The position numbers and the translations under genes are program-made. From NCBI RefSeq assembly GCF_964204865.1, contig NC_135260.1:3844001-3908000 (forward strand): DNA of 64,000 bases, read 5' to 3'. Source of the stretch: Styela clava (lineage: Eukaryota). The first letter of the stretch is position 1, and each line of letters starts with the position of its first letter. Below, one piece after another: positions 61,697 through 64,000 of the stretch. Below the pieces are notes generated by a model. It was not told where the DNA came from and made no database searches. It saw nothing but the letters and a program-made list of their open reading frames with translations.

Positions 61697-64000
61697 ATAA
61701 GTAATCAATGATAAAAGTGGATAACGAGGAAATACACTTGTTTCTTGTTATCTTGTATATACTGACTATATGGCAATGAATCTTACGATTCAATATTTTC
61801 CTTCAATTCAATATCAATTTCAGATACAAAATTGTACATAATAATGTGATTTAGTTGACTCCTATTTATAATTACCAAGAAACTTCAATATCAGACATGT
61901 TGTGATTTGGCTCATTTGCTATCAATTAGCCAAACTTTATTCGTTACCTTTCCTTAGTAAATAGATGTGCTCTAGTCTTTTTCTCATTTTTCCACGATTC
62001 AGTAAGCACTATAATAGAATGTATTAATCCAGGGGTCGGCACAGTGACGTAGCCAGGGGGTGGTTTTGCGGGTCGACCCCCCCCCCCCTTTTTGAATGTA
62101 AAAAAATTAAAAATAATTTTTCTGTATCGTAGATAGCACCGTAGCTTAAAATGCTTTTTAGACCCTCAAGGCTACTAAAAACACGCGTATTCCAGCGTTT
62201 GATCGGACCCGCTAGCTGTTTCGATCTAACTTGGCAAAAAAAATTTGAGCCAATTACTTGCAACCATTATTTTGGCCCGCGAGCGACAAAAGGTTGCCGA
62301 CCCCTGTAATTAACCGAATAAATGCAGTTCTAGATAAATATCATCTCATTAAGTCATTGGCATTGTTGTAACTGTAACAAATTCATCCTGAACTCTCCCT
62401 CTGTTTTTTATTTCCTCCTCATCGAGTTTGAATTTTTGAATGGTTACGTTTCACTGCTTGGTGTTCATTTTATCTCACACTTATATCGGCATTTATTGAA
62501 TTACTTTGCTTCATGTTGTTCATATGCACTTGCTTTATATGTAATATTGCACTCCATATGTGTTTGATGTAATAGATATTTGAATTCTCAAATCATAAGA
62601 TTGATAATGTTGACAATTTCAGTGGAAAAATATTTTTAAATTTTTCAACTTCAATACTCCACTGCAGAGAGGACTTTTTTATTCATTGAGCAGCAAATTT
62701 ATTTACTTAGTGTGCTCTATACTTTATATGCTACTAATTCAAATGTAGATAGCTATCTAATATGTAAGCAATTATTAACTTTAGTGATATAGATTCAACT
62801 GTGGGTAGGTTGCCAGTAATCTGTTTCAAAGACAGGACTAGTTGAAGTCTTGTGTATTGAAGAAGAGTTGACAATCCAGTGACCCAAACTCAAGTTTGGT
62901 CAAAATAATGGCTCGGAACCCGATTTTGTATATGTGAGGATTGAATATGAACAGACACATTGGCAATCTATAATACAGATTTCAACCCGCTCATCAGTTA
63001 GGTATATGCTCACAGTCATGAGCTTCCTTAACCCATGTGAAGCCAAAGACAGTACACAAATAACTTTTGTATAAACTTGACATATTGAAGTTTGCAGATT
63101 GCATATTTTGACTTACAAATGGTCCATATATGATGGTACCTGTCAATGCTGAATTACCCAGGAATGCCCGATGCACCAAGGCAAGTACCAATGACAGGAG
63201 GCCACCATACCCCTCTATTCAAGTAGTAAGACCACACTATCACCCATCGAGCCAGATGGCTTCACAATCCACGATAATTCATTCCTTCGGACAAACGCTT
63301 CCAAACCAACCAGTAGTCGGAATAGCTGATTCGCCAATGTATTCTCGCCATTATCTGCGACGTCTACACAAGTCAATCCCAGTGCTCCCTACACAGCGAT
63401 CTCTATTTATCCAGAATAATTGAAGTAATAAGCTTATAACACATCCCAGTGAAAAGCAAGCTAACAGACAGATTAATTTGTGGGCACGATGACCTTGTTA
63501 CAGGTTGTTAATCATTGGTCCAAATCACAAGTCCACCACCTCATTTAGTGTGTGATAAATGGAGTAGTCTCGAACCGGAAAGATTGCGGTTTGTCAATAA
63601 AAAATTATTCTGAAATGTCATTAGATTTCAGTCGATGCTTCTATAGGGCCATGTTCTAAGAGAAAGACTCGGATAAGTGTCAATTGATATAAAACAATTG
63701 CCATTTCCTTTTTGCAGTAATAACTTCACTAACACCCCACCGATGTGAGTCTGTAAATTTAAAAATGATGTTTTTGCAGACTGACTGTTAGTAGAAAAGA
63801 GATCAAATATTCGAAATCGGCTCAAATTTTATTTATAATTGATTTTTGGTAAGCTTCATCGGATTTACCAAATTAAATTAAAAACTCATTTCGCGGGCCG
63901 CAGGTTACACACATCTGCTCTAAATAATGAATTTTTGAATAAGATAATCGGAATTAGTCCTAAAATCAGAGACAAATTCCATTCCCTCAAAATAGGACCT

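Larger units (their letters stand above)
53847..64000. repeat. Large inverted duplication (palindrome): arms 53847-58495 and 59351-64000+, spacer 58496-59350
   Basis: Mirror-image ORF track (paired coordinates sum to 117846-117847); arms almost identical by eye. Confidence 0.95.

Overview
AT-rich, transposon-dense eukaryotic (metazoan) DNA; the species cannot be fixed from the sequence. The window is dominated by a cluster of seven paralogous single-exon (~1.96 kb) kelch-like genes, here called K1-K7, with an unusual BTB-BACK-BACK-Kelch(6) layout. K1 (12812-14776, +), K3 (26684-28642, -), K5 (45551-47506, -) and K6 (56150-58114, -) are intact. K2 (20553-23585, +; BTB deletion plus insertion), K4 (35038-37001, -; 1-bp frameshift) and K7 (59732-61696, +; two stops) are disrupted. 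The BTB and BACK regions are nearly invariant, while the propeller top-face loops are hypervariable and mosaic between paralogs. This suggests a rapidly diversifying repertoire of CUL3 substrate adaptors. The cluster appears to have grown by direct duplication with breakpoints inside coding sequences (~28.6-36.4 kb vs ~47.5-57.4 kb) and by a very young >=4.6 kb-arm palindrome (53847-58495 / 59351-64000). Most copies carry a decayed downstream companion module, and some carry a ~105-bp upstream tandem array. Mobile DNA includes a pogo-like element nested in a Sola1-like element, a tyrosine-recombinase relic, a Helentron-type non-autonomous element and many hAT/pogo MITEs with target-site duplications (TSDs). 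All comparisons were made by eye; no searches were run.
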